This document shows, one piece after another, positions 8,700 to 19,095 of a stretch of DNA of 64,000 nt; the first letter of the stretch is position 1; each line of letters opens with the position of its first letter. Source of the stretch: Escherichia phage p000v; sequence record NC_055781.1, one strand, 5' to 3'. A program made the position numbers and the translations under genes. The notes beneath the pieces were generated by a model. That model worked only from the letters and a program-made list of their open reading frames with translations. It did not search any database and had not been told where the DNA came from.

Positions 8700-10384
8700 A
8701 ATCATTTAAATTAAATCGTGTTCGTTATCAAAACATCATGTCGGTAGGTGGGAATCCTATTGATATCCAATTAGATAAAGTCCAAAAGACATTAATCACT
8801 GGTAAAAATGGTGGTGGTAAATCTACGATGTTAGAAGCCATTACTTTCGGACTTTTCGGTAAACCATTTCGTGATGTTAAGAAAGGACAAATCATTAATA
8901 GCACGAACAAGAAAGAGCTCTTAGTTGAGCTTTGGATGGAATTCGATGATAAAAAATACTTCATTAAACGTGGCCAAAAGCCCAATATTTTCGAAATCTC
9001 CGTTGACGGTGTTCGTCTTGATGAATCTGCCAGCAGTCGTGACTTCCAAGAAGAATTTGAACGTAGCATCGGAATGTCATACGCGTCTTTTAAACAGATC
9101 GTTGTGCTTGGGACGGCAGGGTATACCCCTTTCATGGCTCTTAGCACCCCTGCTCGTAGAAAACTTGTCGAAGACCTTTTAGAAGTCGGCACACTCGCTG
9201 AAATGGATAAAATCAATAAGTCTCAAGTTCGAGAACTTAATTCCCAGGGGCAAGTTCTCGATGCCAAGAAAGATGGTATTATCCAACAAATTAAGATTTA
9301 TAACGAGAATATCGAACGCCAAAAGAAATTATCTGGCGATAATGTAGCACGTCTACAGAATATGTATGACGACCTAGCCAAAGAAGCTCGTTCATTAAAA
9401 GCAGAAATTGAAGAAGCTAATGAGCGTCTACTTAATATCGTTCTTGACGAAGACCCTACTGAGGCATTCAACAAGATCGGACAAGAAGCATTCTTGATTA
9501 AATCTAAAATCGACTCATATAACAAAGTTATTAAGATGTATCATGACGGTGGCACATGTCCTACTTGTGCATCACAGTTGCACCAGGGTGATCCTATTGT
9601 CTCTAAGATTACCGATAAGCTTCATGAATGTAATCACTCATTCGAGCAACTTACCTGTCACAGAGATAATCTGAGTGTCCTAGTGGACGAATATAGAGCT
9701 AATGTTAAGACTAAACAGGACCTTGCATCTGATATTCGTACCAAGAAACAAGCAATGATTGCCACTATTGATAAAGCTAAGAAAGTTAAAGCTGCAATAG
9801 AACAAGCCTCGGCGGAATTTATCGACCATGCCGATGAGATAGCTTTGCTTCAAAAAGAACTTGATAAAATCATTAAAACAAAATCGGATAACGTTCTTGA
9901 AAAATACCATCGTGGTATTATAACAGATATGTTAAAAGATTCTGGTATTAAAGGTGCTATCATTAAAAAATATGTGCCTCTGTTCAACAAGCAGATTAAC
10001 CATTACCTTAAAATCATGGAAGCTGATTATGTGTTTTCTATTGACGAAGAATTCAATGAATCTATAAAATCACGTGGTCGTGAAGATTTTAGTTATGCTT
10101 CATTTAGTCAAGGTGAAAAGGCACGTATCGATATCGCATTGTTGTTTACATGGCGAGATATTGCTGAAAAAGTTTCTGGTGTTAAAATCAACACGTTGAT
10201 TCTTGATGAGGTTTTTGACGGCGCTGTAGATTCTGAAGCTGTTAAGGCTATAGATACCATTCTTGGAAGTTTACAAAATACTAACGTGTTCATTATCTCT
10301 CATCGAGACCATGACCCTCAACGTTATGGACAACATCTTCAGATGAGTAAAGTTGGACGATTTACTGTAATGACTGTTTCATAA
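8696..10384 (+). CDS. 46: recombination endonuclease subunit gp46 (Rad50/SbcC-like ATPase)
   Basis: 562 aa; Walker A GKNGGGKST, zinc-hook CPTC, C-terminal LILDEVFDG. Confidence 0.9.
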   Translation: MKSFKLNRVRYQNIMSVGGNPIDIQLDKVQKTLITGKNGGGKSTMLEAITFGLFGKPFRDVKKGQIINSTNKKELLVELWMEFDDKKYFIKRGQKPNIFEISVDGVRLDESASSRDFQEEFERSIGMSYASFKQIVVLGTAGYTPFMALSTPARRKLVEDLLEVGTLAEMDKINKSQVRELNSQGQVLDAKKDGIIQQIKIYNENIERQKKLSGDNVARLQNMYDDLAKEARSLKAEIEEANERLLNIVLDEDPTEAFNKIGQEAFLIKSKIDSYNKVIKMYHDGGTCPTCASQLHQGDPIVSKITDKLHECNHSFEQLTCHRDNLSVLVDEYRANVKTKQDLASDIRTKKQAMIATIDKAKKVKAAIEQASAEFIDHADEIALLQKELDKIIKTKSDNVLEKYHRGIITDMLKDSGIKGAIIKKYVPLFNKQINHYLKIMEADYVFSIDEEFNESIKSRGREDFSYASFSQGEKARIDIALLFTWRDIAEKVSGVKINTLILDEVFDGAVDSEAVKAIDTILGSLQNTNVFIISHRDHDPQRYGQHLQMSKVGRFTVMTVS

Positions 10385-10385
10385 A

Positions 10386-10419
10386 CGCTTTAACACGATG
10401 TGGTTATAATGACCACATC
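10386..10419 (+). promoter_or_regulatory. middle-type promoter with -10 in a hairpin loop
   Basis: CGCTTTA box, 12-nt spacer, TATAAT; TATAATG sits in the loop of the 8-bp inverted repeat GATGTGGT/ACCACATC. Confidence 0.45.
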
Positions 10420-10426
10420 AAATTAA

Positions 10427-10627
10427 ATGGAGAACAACATGGAGTATTCAACCGGACAACATCTTCTTGTTGTCCCTGAAATTAAAAAATATGTTTTGAC
10501 CAATACGTTTTCAGGTGAAGAACATATTGTTACTGAACAAATGCTCAAATCTGCTTTTAAAGATGAGTATAATAAAATAATGTCTAATCGCAATTCCGCA
10601 TGGACAGTTACTGACTTCTACGAATAA
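10427..10627 (+). CDS. hypothetical protein
   Basis: 66-aa ORF between 46 and the rpbA-like gene. Confidence 0.4.
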   Translation: MENNMEYSTGQHLLVVPEIKKYVLTNTFSGEEHIVTEQMLKSAFKDEYNKIMSNRNSAWTVTDFYE

Positions 10628-10639
10628 GAGAGAAATAAT

Positions 10640-11056
10640 ATGTTTACTACTGCTAAAGGTTTCACTGCTGCTGATCTGAAAGTTACTTCTATCCGTACTG
10701 ACGCTAACCCGCATAACCATAATCGTGTTCGTAAAGCATGGGTCCTGCATTGTGATGACGCAAGTGCTAAAAAGCTTCAATCTTTGCCACAAGAAACTCG
10801 TTTTATGATTTATGGTTTTATTGATAACGATGTATCTGATATGTGGATTCATCTGATGCGTAAGCACTATAAAGATTCTATTGAAGCAGGTGGAAAAATC
10901 GTTCTTGATAAAGATGGTTCTGAGCGCCTGGAAGATTTCTACTGTGTTGATGCTGACGAACAACTAATTGCAGCTGGCGAAATTGTTGCTTCTAAAATTC
11001 CAGAATATATTGAATCACTGCCTGAAGCTATTAAAAAGCAGATGGTTGCTGCATAA
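10640..11056 (+). CDS. rpbA: RpbA-like protein (assigned by position)
   Basis: 138-aa ORF immediately upstream of gene 45, where T4 has rpbA; no motif checked. Confidence 0.45.
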   Translation: MFTTAKGFTAADLKVTSIRTDANPHNHNRVRKAWVLHCDDASAKKLQSLPQETRFMIYGFIDNDVSDMWIHLMRKHYKDSIEAGGKIVLDKDGSERLEDFYCVDADEQLIAAGEIVASKIPEYIESLPEAIKKQMVAA

Positions 11057-11098
11057 TAAATTTGTTATAAACTTTGAATTGTCTTGAAAGGAAATAAA

Positions 11099-11785
11099 AT
11101 GAAACTGTCTAAAGATACTATCGCTATTCTGAAAAACTTTGCCTCTATTAACTCCGGTATTCTGCTGAGTCAAGGTAAATTTATTATGACCCGTGCAGTT
11201 AATGGCACCACTTATGCGGAAGCAAATATCTCTGATGAAATTGATTTTGACGTAGCACTTTATGATTTGAATAGCTTCTTAAGCATTTTGAGTCTAGTGT
11301 CTGATGATGCTGAAATTTCAATGCACACCGATGGCAATATTAAAATTGCAGATACACGTTCCACAGTTTATTGGCCTGCTGCCGACAAGAGCACCATTGT
11401 TTTTCCTAATAAGCCAATTCAATTCCCGGTGGCTTCTGTGATTACTGAAATTAAAGCTGAAGACCTTCAACAATTGCTTCGAGTTTCACGTGGTCTTCAG
11501 ATTGATACAATTGCTATTACAAATAAAGATGGTAAAATTGTTATCAACGGTTACAATAAAGTTGAAGATTCTGGCTTGACCCGTCCTAAGTATTCTTTGA
11601 CTCTTACAGATTATGATGGTTCTAACAACTTTAACTTCGTAATCAATATGGCTAATATGAAAATCCAGCCAGGTAACTATAAAGTAATGTTGTGGGGAGC
11701 TGGTGATAAAGTTGCAGCCAAGTTTGAAAGCTCTCAAGTAAGTTATGTTATTGCAATGGAAGCCGATTCTACTCACGACTTCTAA
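11099..11785 (+). CDS. 45: sliding clamp gp45
   Basis: 228 aa from ATG at 11099; N-terminus MKLSKDTIAILKNFASINSGI matches T4 gp45 as recalled. Confidence 0.9.
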   Translation: MKLSKDTIAILKNFASINSGILLSQGKFIMTRAVNGTTYAEANISDEIDFDVALYDLNSFLSILSLVSDDAEISMHTDGNIKIADTRSTVYWPAADKSTIVFPNKPIQFPVASVITEIKAEDLQQLLRVSRGLQIDTIAITNKDGKIVINGYNKVEDSGLTRPKYSLTLTDYDGSNNFNFVINMANMKIQPGNYKVMLWGAGDKVAAKFESSQVSYVIAMEADSTHDF

Positions 11786-11790
11786 GTCAA

Positions 11791-11815
11791 AGCTTTACGT
11801 TTAATGTAGTACGAT
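11791..11815 (+). promoter_or_regulatory. middle-promoter-like element upstream of gene 44
   Basis: AGCTTTA box, 12-nt spacer, TACGAT. Confidence 0.35.
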
Positions 11816-11860
11816 TATGGAGGAGAAATCCTCCAGTTTAATGATAATGAGGAAAATTAC

Positions 11861-12823
11861 ATGATTACTATCAATTCCAAAGAACACATTCTAGAACAGA
11901 AATATCGTCCTTCTTCCATTGACGAATGTATTCTGCCTGCGTATGACCATGAAACATTCAAGTCTTTAGTATCTAAAGGAAAACTTCCTCATATTATTTT
12001 GCACTCTCCTTCTCCTGGTACAGGTAAAACAACCGTAGCAAAAGCATTATGTAATGATATCAATGCCGAAATGATGTTCGTCAACGGTTCTGATTGTAAG
12101 ATTGATTTTGTGCGTGGTCCGTTAACTGCATTCGCTCGTTCAGTCTCAATGGAAGGCAAGCCTAAAGTTATTGTTATTGATGAATTCGACCGTAGTGGCC
12201 TCGCCGAATCACAACGCCATCTTCGTACGTTTATGGAAGAATTCTCTAGTAACTGCTCTATTGTTATTACTGCTAACAACATCGATGGAATTATTGAACC
12301 ATTACGTAGCCGTTGTCGAGTTATCGAATTCGGTCGTCCAACCGAAGAAGATAAAATCTCGATGATGAAGAAAATGATTCATCGTATGGTTGAAATCTGT
12401 AAGAACGAAAATATCGAAATCGCTGATATGAAAGTTGTTGCAGCTCTTGTTAAAAAGAACTTCCCAGACTTTCGTCGTACAATTGGACAATTAGACCAGT
12501 ACTCGTCTAAAGGTGTTCTTGATGCGGGTATTCTGTCTATCGTAACTAATGACCGTGGCACAGTCTCTGATGTTATCGAAGCAATGAAGAACAAAGATAT
12601 AAAACAGCTTCGTGCATTAGCTCCAAAATATGCTGCAGATTATTCATGGTTCATCGATAAATTAGTTTCAGAATGTTATGACCAAGTTGCACCTGGTAAA
12701 AGTATTATTTCGCTTTACGAAATTGCAGGCGAAAATAATAAGTTTCATGGATTAGCAAGTAATATTGAATTACATGTTATGTATATGCTTCTTCAACTGA
12801 CCTGCGAACTGACTTGGAAATAA
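11861..12823 (+). CDS. 44: clamp loader large subunit gp44 (AAA+)
   Basis: 320 aa; Walker [11 protein letters not shown], Walker B VIVIDEFD. Confidence 0.9.
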   Translation: MITINSKEHILEQKYRPSSIDECILPAYDHETFKSLVSKGKLPHIILHSPSPGTGKTTVAKALCNDINAEMMFVNGSDCKIDFVRGPLTAFARSVSMEGKPKVIVIDEFDRSGLAESQRHLRTFMEEFSSNCSIVITANNIDGIIEPLRSRCRVIEFGRPTEEDKISMMKKMIHRMVEICKNENIEIADMKVVAALVKKNFPDFRRTIGQLDQYSSKGVLDAGILSIVTNDRGTVSDVIEAMKNKDIKQLRALAPKYAADYSWFIDKLVSECYDQVAPGKSIISLYEIAGENNKFHGLASNIELHVMYMLLQLTCELTWK

Positions 12824-12824
12824 T

Positions 12825-13388
12825 ATGAACTTATTCGATGATGACGTCCAGCTTAACGAGCACCAAATTGCATGGAAGTCTAATGACGCTGATGCGATTC
12901 AAAAATGTGCTGATATGTTTAAAGAAAAACCTGAGAATGAATTCTTTAAAATCATTAATGCTATTAATGAAAAGAAATCTATGTCAATTGCTCAGGTCGA
13001 CTACTCAAAATTTATGGTTGAGAACTCATTATCCCAGTTTCCAGAATGTATGCCAGCCGTTTACATGATGAACTTAGTCGGTTCTGAATTAAGTGATGAA
13101 GCGCACTTCAACTATATGATGGCGGCAATTCCACGTGGTCGTCGATTCTCTAAATGGGCTAAACTAGTCGAAGACACTTCAGAGTTACTAGTTATCAAAC
13201 TGTTGATGAAACATTACACAATCAACATGAATGATGCCACCGAGTATAAACGGCTCCTTGAAAAAAATAACAAGCTGCCAATAGTCCTTAAAGAACTGAA
13301 GGCCATGGTCACTGATGAATTTCTCAAAGAAGTTACTAAAAACGTAAAAGAACAAAAACAATTTAAAAAATTAGCATTGGAATGGTAA
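12825..13388 (+). CDS. 62: clamp loader small subunit gp62
   Basis: 187 aa (T4 gp62 size) directly after gene 44. Confidence 0.8.
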   Translation: MNLFDDDVQLNEHQIAWKSNDADAIQKCADMFKEKPENEFFKIINAINEKKSMSIAQVDYSKFMVENSLSQFPECMPAVYMMNLVGSELSDEAHFNYMMAAIPRGRRFSKWAKLVEDTSELLVIKLLMKHYTINMNDATEYKRLLEKNNKLPIVLKELKAMVTDEFLKEVTKNVKEQKQFKKLALEW

Positions 13389-13759
13389 AAATGATTGAAA
13401 TTAAATTGAAGAACCCTGAAGATTTTCTGAAAGTCAAAGAGACTCTGACCCGTATGGGCATCGCTAATAACAAGGATAAAGTTCTTTATCAGTCCTGTCA
13501 TATCCTCCAAAAGCAAGGTAAATACTACATCGTCCACTTTAAAGAAATGCTGCGTATGGACGGACGTCAGGTTGATATTGATGGTGAAGACTATCAGCGA
13601 CGTGATTCGATTGCTCAGTTGCTTGAAGACTGGGGATTAATTGTTATTGAAGACTCTGCTCGTGAAGATCTATTTAGCCTGACTAATAACTTCCGAGTTA
13701 TCTCTTTTAAACAGAAAGATGACTGGACTTTGAAAGCAAAATATACAATTGGTAATTAA
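13382..13759 (+). CDS. regA: translational repressor RegA
   Basis: 125 aa, overlaps gene 62 3' end, directly upstream of gene 43 as in T4. Confidence 0.8.
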   Translation: MVKMIEIKLKNPEDFLKVKETLTRMGIANNKDKVLYQSCHILQKQGKYYIVHFKEMLRMDGRQVDIDGEDYQRRDSIAQLLEDWGLIVIEDSAREDLFSLTNNFRVISFKQKDDWTLKAKYTIGN

Positions 13760-13764
13760 AGCAA

Positions 13765-13783
13765 TGGGACTTCGGTCCCATTT
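13765..13783 (+). terminator. intrinsic terminator (TGGGAC-ttcg-GTCCCA then TTT)
   Basis: 6-bp stem with UUCG tetraloop after the regA stop. Confidence 0.55.
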
Positions 13784-13840
13784 GGAGTATAATAAGTTCA
13801 TCAACAAACAAAAGACAATAACTCGTCTAAAGGAAATTAA

Positions 13841-16552
13841 ATGAAAGAATTTTACTTAACGGTTGAACAGATTGGTGATTCAATTTTTGAACGTTACATC
13901 GATTCTAATGGCCGTGAACGTACTCGTGAAGTAGAATATAAACCATCACTGTTTGCTCATTGTCCGGAAAGTCAGGCTACGAAATATTTTGATATCTACG
14001 GTAAGCCGTGTACTCGTAAACTATTCGCTAACATGCGTGATGCGTCTCAATGGATTAAACGCATGGAAGATATCGGACTTGAAGCACTTGGCATGGACGA
14101 TTTCAAATTAGCGTATTTGTCTGACACTTATAACTATGAAATCAAATACGACCATACAAAAATTCGTGTGGCTAACTTCGACATCGAAGTAACATCTCCG
14201 GATGGGTTCCCTGAGCCGTCACAAGCAAAACATCCTATTGATGCTATCACCCATTATGACTCAATTGACGACAGGTTCTACGTATTTGATCTATTGAATT
14301 CTCCATATGGTAATGTAGAAGAATGGTCTATTGAAATCGCTGCTAAGCTTCAAGAACAAGGTGGTGATGAAGTTCCATCTGAAATTATCGATAAAATCAT
14401 TTATATGCCGTTCGATAACGAAAAAGAATTGTTGATGGAATATCTCAACTTCTGGCAACAGAAAACTCCTGTCATTTTGACTGGATGGAACGTTGAGTCA
14501 TTTGATATTCCATATGTGTATAACAGAATCAAGAATATTTTTGGCGAATCTACTGCGAAACGTTTATCACCACATCGTAAAACTCGTGTTAAAGTTATCG
14601 AAAACATGTATGGTTCTCGTGAAATCATTACATTGTTCGGTATCTCTGTTCTTGATTACATTGACCTTTACAAAAAATTCTCTTTTACCAATCAACCGTC
14701 GTATTCTCTGGATTACATTTCAGAATTTGAATTGAACGTTGGTAAACTGAAATATGACGGCCCTATTTCTAAGCTTCGTGAAAGCAATCACCAACGATAT
14801 ATTTCTTATAACATCATCGACGTGTATCGTGTATTGCAAATTGATGCTAAGCGCCAGTTCATCAACTTGAGTTTGGACATGGGTTATTATGCTAAGATAC
14901 AGATTCAATCTGTGTTCAGCCCAATTAAAACATGGGATGCTATTATTTTTAATAGCCTTAAAGAGCAGAACAAGGTGATTCCACAAGGTCGTTCTCACCC
15001 GGTTCAACCTTATCCTGGCGCTTTTGTTAAGGAACCTATTCCAAATCGATACAAATATGTAATGAGTTTCGACCTTACATCTCTGTATCCAAGTATTATT
15101 CGCCAAGTGAATATTAGCCCAGAAACAATAGCAGGAACGTTTAAAGTAGCTCCATTGCATGATTATATTAACGCAATCGCTGAACGTCCTTCAGATGTGT
15201 ACAGCTGCTCTCCTAATGGCATGATGTATTATAAAGACCGTGATGGTGTAGTTCCAACTGAAATCACTAAGGTCTTTAATCAACGTAAAGAACATAAAGG
15301 TTACATGCTTGCAGCTCAACGTAATGGTGAAATAATTAAAGAGGCATTGCATAATCCTAATCTTTCTGTTGACGAACCATTAGATGTTGATTATCGTTTC
15401 GACTTCACTGATGAGATTAAAGAAAAGATTAAAAAGTTGTCTGCTAAATCTCTTAATGAAATGTTGTTCAGAGCTCAACGTACTGAAGTTGCAGGTATGA
15501 CTGCACAAATTAACCGTAAATTGCTTATCAACTCACTTTATGGTGCACTTGGAAACGTTTGGTTCCGTTATTACGATTTGCGTAATGCAACTGCAATCAC
15601 AACATTTGGTCAAATGGCTTTACAGTGGATTGAACGTAAAGTTAATGAATATCTGAATGAAGTTTGTGGTACAGAAGGTGAAGCTTTCGTTCTTTATGGT
15701 GATACAGACTCTATTTACGTATCTGCAGATAAAATTATTGATAAGGTTGGTGAATCTAAATTCCGTGATACCAACCATTGGGTGGACTTTTTAGATAAGT
15801 TTGCACGTGAACGTATGGAACCGGCTATTGATAGAGGTTTCCGTGAAATGTGTGAATACATGAACAATAAACAACACTTAATGTTCATGGACCGAGAAGC
15901 TATCGCTGGTCCTCCGCTCGGTTCTAAAGGTATTGGTGGATTCTGGACTGGTAAGAAACGTTATGCATTAAACGTGTGGGATATGGAAGGTACTCGTTAC
16001 GCTGAGCCTAAACTCAAAATCATGGGTCTAGAGACTCAGAAATCTTCGACCCCTAAAGCAGTACAGAAAGCTCTTAAAGAATGTATTCGTCGTATGCTTC
16101 AAGAAGGTGAAGAATCATTACAAGAATATTTTAAAGAGTTTGAAAAAGAATTCCGTCAATTGAATTATATTAGCATCGCGTCGGTATCTTCTGCGAATAA
16201 CATTGCTAAATATGACGTTGGTGGATTCCCTGGTCCTAAATGCCCGTTCCATATTCGTGGAATTCTGACATATAACAGAGCTATCAAAGGTAATATTGAT
16301 GCTCCACAAGTTGTAGAAGGCGAAAAGGTATACGTTCTGCCTTTACGTGATGGAAACCCGTTCGGTGATAAATGTATCGCATGGCCTTCTGGTACTGAAA
16401 TCACAGATTTAATTAAAGACGACGTACTTCATTGGATGGACTACACTGTTCTCCTTGAGAAGACATTTATTAAACCACTTGAAGGATTCACATCAGCAGC
16501 GAAACTCGATTACGAGAAGAAAGCATCTCTGTTCGATATGTTCGATTTTTGA
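13841..16552 (+). CDS. 43: DNA polymerase gp43 (family B, with 3'-5' exonuclease)
   Basis: 903 aa; exo motif FDIEV, polymerase motifs DLTSLYPSII, KLLINSLYG, YGDTDS; sequence matches RB69 polymerase as recalled. Confidence 0.97.
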   Translation: MKEFYLTVEQIGDSIFERYIDSNGRERTREVEYKPSLFAHCPESQATKYFDIYGKPCTRKLFANMRDASQWIKRMEDIGLEALGMDDFKLAYLSDTYNYEIKYDHTKIRVANFDIEVTSPDGFPEPSQAKHPIDAITHYDSIDDRFYVFDLLNSPYGNVEEWSIEIAAKLQEQGGDEVPSEIIDKIIYMPFDNEKELLMEYLNFWQQKTPVILTGWNVESFDIPYVYNRIKNIFGESTAKRLSPHRKTRVKVIENMYGSREIITLFGISVLDYIDLYKKFSFTNQPSYSLDYISEFELNVGKLKYDGPISKLRESNHQRYISYNIIDVYRVLQIDAKRQFINLSLDMGYYAKIQIQSVFSPIKTWDAIIFNSLKEQNKVIPQGRSHPVQPYPGAFVKEPIPNRYKYVMSFDLTSLYPSIIRQVNISPETIAGTFKVAPLHDYINAIAERPSDVYSCSPNGMMYYKDRDGVVPTEITKVFNQRKEHKGYMLAAQRNGEIIKEALHNPNLSVDEPLDVDYRFDFTDEIKEKIKKLSAKSLNEMLFRAQRTEVAGMTAQINRKLLINSLYGALGNVWFRYYDLRNATAITTFGQMALQWIERKVNEYLNEVCGTEGEAFVLYGDTDSIYVSADKIIDKVGESKFRDTNHWVDFLDKFARERMEPAIDRGFREMCEYMNNKQHLMFMDREAIAGPPLGSKGIGGFWTGKKRYALNVWDMEGTRYAEPKLKIMGLETQKSSTPKAVQKALKECIRRMLQEGEESLQEYFKEFEKEFRQLNYISIASVSSANNIAKYDVGGFPGPKCPFHIRGILTYNRAIKGNIDAPQVVEGEKVYVLPLRDGNPFGDKCIAWPSGTEITDLIKDDVLHWMDYTVLLEKTFIKPLEGFTSAAKLDYEKKASLFDMFDF

Positions 16553-16592
16553 TATAATGCCATGGACGGTAAACTAATTAAATGAGAGAAAT

Positions 16593-17228
16593 ATGAAAAC
16601 TACACCAATCACTATCGCTATTGACGCAATCGTAAAACAAGCTTCATCTCTTGCCACTATGGCTAAAGTAATTAGTCAAAACTCTGCCCGATATAATGCT
16701 ATTCTTGAAACTCTTCGTCGCCCTGGACTGAGTAATTATGAAAGCCGAGTAATTATTACAGGTGTTGGTAAGAACGCTAATATCGCAACTAAAGCTTCCG
16801 AGACTTTTGCTTCACTAGGTATTCCTAGCATGTATTTGAACACCGGGCATTATTCTCATGGCGACGCAGGATTTATTGCACCTAATGATGTATTAGTTCA
16901 CATCAGTCGTTCTGGTAAGACTGAAGAAATGATAGGTGTTGCTAAACATCTTCGTATGATTCGTCCTCAGGTTAAACAGATTCTGTTACATTGTAACCCT
17001 GACATTCCGCAAGAATACGAAGCTCTTTTTGATTATACGTTCTGTACAGGCATCGCGGTAGAGGTTGATGAGAATTCTCTGGCTCCGACCATGTCCACTA
17101 CATTGTTGTTAGCGCTTATCGATACGTTTGCTATCAACCTTTCGTCTGAACGTGGATTTACCTCTAATGACTTCCTTAAGTTCCACCCTGGTGGTGCACT
17201 AGGTGCCATGTTACGAGGCGAACAATGA
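16593..17228 (+). CDS. SIS-domain sugar-phosphate isomerase, arabinose-5-phosphate isomerase-like (KdsD/GutQ N-domain type)
   Basis: 211 aa; VIITGVGKNANIA, HISRSGKTEE and C-terminal HPGGALG motifs typical of A5P isomerases; no CBS domains. Confidence 0.75.
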   Translation: MKTTPITIAIDAIVKQASSLATMAKVISQNSARYNAILETLRRPGLSNYESRVIITGVGKNANIATKASETFASLGIPSMYLNTGHYSHGDAGFIAPNDVLVHISRSGKTEEMIGVAKHLRMIRPQVKQILLHCNPDIPQEYEALFDYTFCTGIAVEVDENSLAPTMSTTLLLALIDTFAINLSSERGFTSNDFLKFHPGGALGAMLRGEQ

Positions 17229-17368
17229 AAGCAATAACAATAGGACTTTTACTATTGATGCTTGTCATGACTATCTACTGGAGCTTAACGGCTCCAGTAA
17301 TGATTCCGACTCTTATAATCGGATGGATTATGATTGGACTACAAGCAAAGTATGAATGCTTTAACTAG
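17225..17368 (+). CDS. small two-helix membrane peptide (47 aa)
   Basis: ATGA overlap with isomerase stop; MKAITIGLLLLMLVMTIYWSLTAPVMIPTLIIGWIMIGL; below ORF-track cutoff. Confidence 0.35.
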   Translation: MKAITIGLLLLMLVMTIYWSLTAPVMIPTLIIGWIMIGLQAKYECFN

Positions 17369-17381
17369 AATAGTGTACAAT
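17357..17381 (+). promoter_or_regulatory. MotA-dependent middle promoter upstream of the nucleotidyltransferase-kinase gene
   Basis: TGCTTTA box, 12-nt spacer, TACAAT -10; 28 nt before the ATG at 17410. Confidence 0.5.
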
Positions 17382-17409
17382 ACACCTACTTACCAATGAG
17401 GACTTCAAC

Positions 17410-19095
17410 ATGAAAAAAGCTGTTATTCTTGGTGCTGGACTGGCAACTCGTTTGTATCCAATAACGCACCATATTCCTAAGGTGCTTGTTAACTATAAAC
17501 AAGACACTATTCTGAGCAATTTGTATACAATTTATTCTGACCTTGGCGCAGATGAAATTATTGTAGTAGTTCATTCAAAATTTGCTGAAACTGTTCGAGC
17601 TTATTGCGAGCAAGAAGGGTTCAATGTGACTATTCGTACAGTTGATGAAGCGTATGGTTCTGCTTATGCTCTTGCTAAATTATACAAAGATTTAGATGGC
17701 CATAACGTAATTGTTAACTGGTGTGATATTATTCCTGACTTTGGTTCATGGTCTTGGAATGTTAACGCAATCTATGTTAAGGGTGATGAATGTCGATATA
17801 ATTTCGATGGTGAAAATATCACTAACGTAGGTTCAACAGGTGGTAATGTTGTAGGAATTTATCAGTTCAAAGACTGGGAATTCTACATGGGTTCTACTGA
17901 TGAGGAAATTCACGAATACTGCAAAGGTCGTGATTTCGTAGAATTCCTTTACGGCAGTGCATTCAATAAATCAGAGCTTATGAATCTAATTGATTTAGGT
18001 GATATGCCTAAACTTGAAAAGGCTCATGAAGTTCGTGAACTGAATCGTAGTTTTAATGCAGTTGAAATTGGCGAAGAAACTGTAACTAAATTCGCGTTAA
18101 CCGAACAAGGTCGAGCTCTTCAAAAAGATGAGATTTCATGGTATTTGAAAGTGAAATCAGATTCAGTTCCTCAGTTAGTTTCGGTAAATGAAAATAATTT
18201 TGAAATGGAACGTATTAAAGGTAAGCCGGCATTTGAATATATTAAATCCAAATCAAGTCTTGCTCGTCCACAAATTGTTGATGCAATTTTAGATGCACTG
18301 AAATTCAGCACGGACACTTATTTTGTAAGTCCTGAAACTGTTCGCCGTGATTTCACTAAAGAGTTCTATACGAAAGTTATTGATCGTTGTGAAAGCATTC
18401 AGCCATTGATTGATTCATTTGGTAAAATCACACGTGTGAACTACACTAAGATTGGACGTCTGAAGCCAATGTTGAAACAAGCTTTAGAACATCTTATTCG
18501 TTATCATAACCGTTCTCAGGGACAGTACTCTGTTATTCATGGTGACCCGAACTTCAGTAATACTATGATTACCGATAACGGCGAAGTCAAGTTTATCGAC
18601 CCTCGTGGATATTTTGGTGAAACCAAGATTTACGGGCCAAAATTGTATGATGAAGCTAAAGTGCTTTATGCTGTTTCAGGTTATGATGAATTCAATGCTA
18701 ATCCGACCTGGGGTCAGTTTACTATTGATGAAACAACTTGTAATGTGACTATTAACATCAATCCATTAGTTTACAAATATGGAAAGATGAGTTCGTTTAA
18801 CGAGTATCATCATTTGGCAGTAGCAATTATCTGGATTGCATTAGGTGGTTATTTCAAGAATAATCCACTTAAAGCGGTTGCCGCATATTATAAAGGTATG
18901 GAACTTCTGACTAAGCAATTACGTAACATGGGCCGTGTACTTCAAGACGGCTCTATTAGTTATGACGTAGCAGAACCTGTAACGGCTACTCTGATTACAA
19001 AAAATCCTGGTAAATGGGTACTAACTGATAAAGAAACTGGTGTTTCCTATCGTCCAATCGGCGGCGATATCACTCATCAATGGGAACGAATCTAA
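17410..19095 (+). CDS. bifunctional sugar-1-phosphate nucleotidyltransferase (N-terminal) / sugar kinase of APH-choline-kinase type (C-terminal)
   Basis: 561 aa; N-terminal KKAVILGAGLATRLYPIT (G-x-G-T-R-L-x-P-x-T nucleotidyltransferase signature); C-terminal HGDPNFSNTMI...IDPRG catalytic-loop-like motifs. Confidence 0.7.
   Translation: MKKAVILGAGLATRLYPITHHIPKVLVNYKQDTILSNLYTIYSDLGADEIIVVVHSKFAETVRAYCEQEGFNVTIRTVDEAYGSAYALAKLYKDLDGHNVIVNWCDIIPDFGSWSWNVNAIYVKGDECRYNFDGENITNVGSTGGNVVGIYQFKDWEFYMGSTDEEIHEYCKGRDFVEFLYGSAFNKSELMNLIDLGDMPKLEKAHEVRELNRSFNAVEIGEETVTKFALTEQGRALQKDEISWYLKVKSDSVPQLVSVNENNFEMERIKGKPAFEYIKSKSSLARPQIVDAILDALKFSTDTYFVSPETVRRDFTKEFYTKVIDRCESIQPLIDSFGKITRVNYTKIGRLKPMLKQALEHLIRYHNRSQGQYSVIHGDPNFSNTMITDNGEVKFIDPRGYFGETKIYGPKLYDEAKVLYAVSGYDEFNANPTWGQFTIDETTCNVTININPLVYKYGKMSSFNEYHHLAVAIIWIALGGYFKNNPLKAVAAYYKGMELLTKQLRNMGRVLQDGSISYDVAEPVTATLITKNPGKWVLTDKETGVSYRPIGGDITHQWERI

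Noticed and set aside
1-16552. Group I introns or inteins in nrdD, 43 or 41
   Set aside because: Each gene is a single continuous ORF of the expected length with motifs in the normal order.
16541-16592. Promoter-like TATAAT at the end of gene 43 (about 16555) upstream of the isomerase gene
   Set aside because: No convincing -35 element or MotA box at the correct spacing; the isomerase may be co-transcribed with gene 43.
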